Source: Paraphysomonas bandaiensis
Taxonomy: Eukaryota; Protista; Chrysophyceae
Length of the DNA stretch: 64,000 nucleotides
Reading direction: 5' to 3'
NCBI GenBank assembly: GCA_965644295.1
Contig: CBFFRP010000169.1
Span: forward strand, 62,001 to 126,000
Shown here: positions 63,201 to 64,000 of the stretch, one piece after another
How the letters are laid out: every line of letters begins with the position of its first letter
Numbering within the stretch: the first letter of the stretch is position 1
Program-made: the position numbers and the translations under genes
Notes under the pieces: generated by a model
Databases searched by the model: none
What the model was told of the DNA's origin: nothing
The model's input: the letters and a program-made list of their open reading frames with translations, nothing else

Positions 63201-64000
63201 CCACAGGGCAGATTGAGAGCATGTACATACAATATCAAACGAGCACCATACACAATACATCCTCAGTACTACGAGCATGACGGACCTTGGCTGCGTAATG
63301 CCTGACCACCTCATCACCATCTTCCCCAAGACCTTTGGCAATAACCCCAACTACTCCACTGGGCAATTCCCAACCTGATCCCACATGGTCATCCTGAGCA
63401 GATATATAAAACACTAGCTCCCCAAGAGCGGCTAGAGCTCGATGTCGAAGCTGCACATCCATCCTCATTCCCGTCGTGTCCTTCAACACCTGCACCAGCA
63501 CGGAGAGGATATGACTATCTCTTGTGCTCGTCGAAGGCGGCTCTATGTACGTCGCATATCGAAGGAAAAGAGCCAGTGCTGTTGCCGCAAGTGCTCGTAC
63601 CGATGTTTGGTTGGAACGTTGAGACTGGGACAGCTGGGCCTTCGAGGGAGATGTCTTTATGACATGCAACAAGAGAGATAAAAACTGGGTATTGAGTACC
63701 ATATTTGCAACCTGAATAATACATTACCAATAAAGTTACTAATCACAGAGTATGGTGTGCATAAAAATATCCATGTCATGCAGCTCATTTGACAGAAACA
63801 TACCTCAGCGTTGGAGGCAATGGTGCAGAGATACGAAAGTATATTCATTCTTTCTGTTGCTTGGGAGACGGAGGCTGTGTTAGATAGTCGTGACGAGCTA
63901 CTCTGAGAGGACATTCCCACACTCTGCTGAAGCGACTTGTACACCTACCCAACAGACACATCACAAGGCAATGTATCCATTCTACTCAACGATACACTTG
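60213..64000 (-). CDS. ULK4: ULK4/RUNKEL-like protein, C-terminal HEAT/ARM region, multi-exon; 5' part outside the window
   Basis: LALFLRYATYI, ALAALGELVFYISAQ, DEVVRHYAAK|TIENI, IKGKAILAI and LLQDEAPIPQYTVRLL match ULK4/RUK C-terminal motifs. TAG at 60213-60215. Confidence 0.8.

Overview
Gene-dense eukaryotic genomic DNA with many short (~40-70 nt) GT-AG introns. The gene content and style suggest a flagellated stramenopile-like protist (inference). Conserved genes: WBP11 (5' part), ATG13, a signal-peptide GH31 with a sulfoquinovosidase(YihQ)-like active site, two EF-hand proteins, YAE1, proteasome beta7, tyrosine aminotransferase, a FAM92/CIBAR-like BAR protein, a cyclin-Y-like protein, a coiled-coil protein, an intron-containing Ohr peroxidase with an N-terminal presequence, and the 3' part of ULK4/RUNKEL. 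Accessory highlights: (1) a very young 4.67-kb LTR element (near-identical 580/581-bp LTRs, CATT TSD, tRNA-Ala-type PBS, PPT) encoding only an intact Gag-protease ORF, with no RT/RNase H/integrase core, inserted into (2) a ~0.5-kb hairpin-rich dispersed repeat present three times; (3) one 23-kb, 3-exon gene for a ~7,716-aa secreted protein with nested (Russian-doll) domain insertions, a YHYH domain and a split F-type-lectin/P-domain C-terminus; (4) several hAT-like non-autonomous elements, each with its own palindromic subterminal motif, one bracketing an intron-containing orphan gene that also occurs as an adjacent inverted copy. All family calls come from motif recognition by eye; no searches were run.
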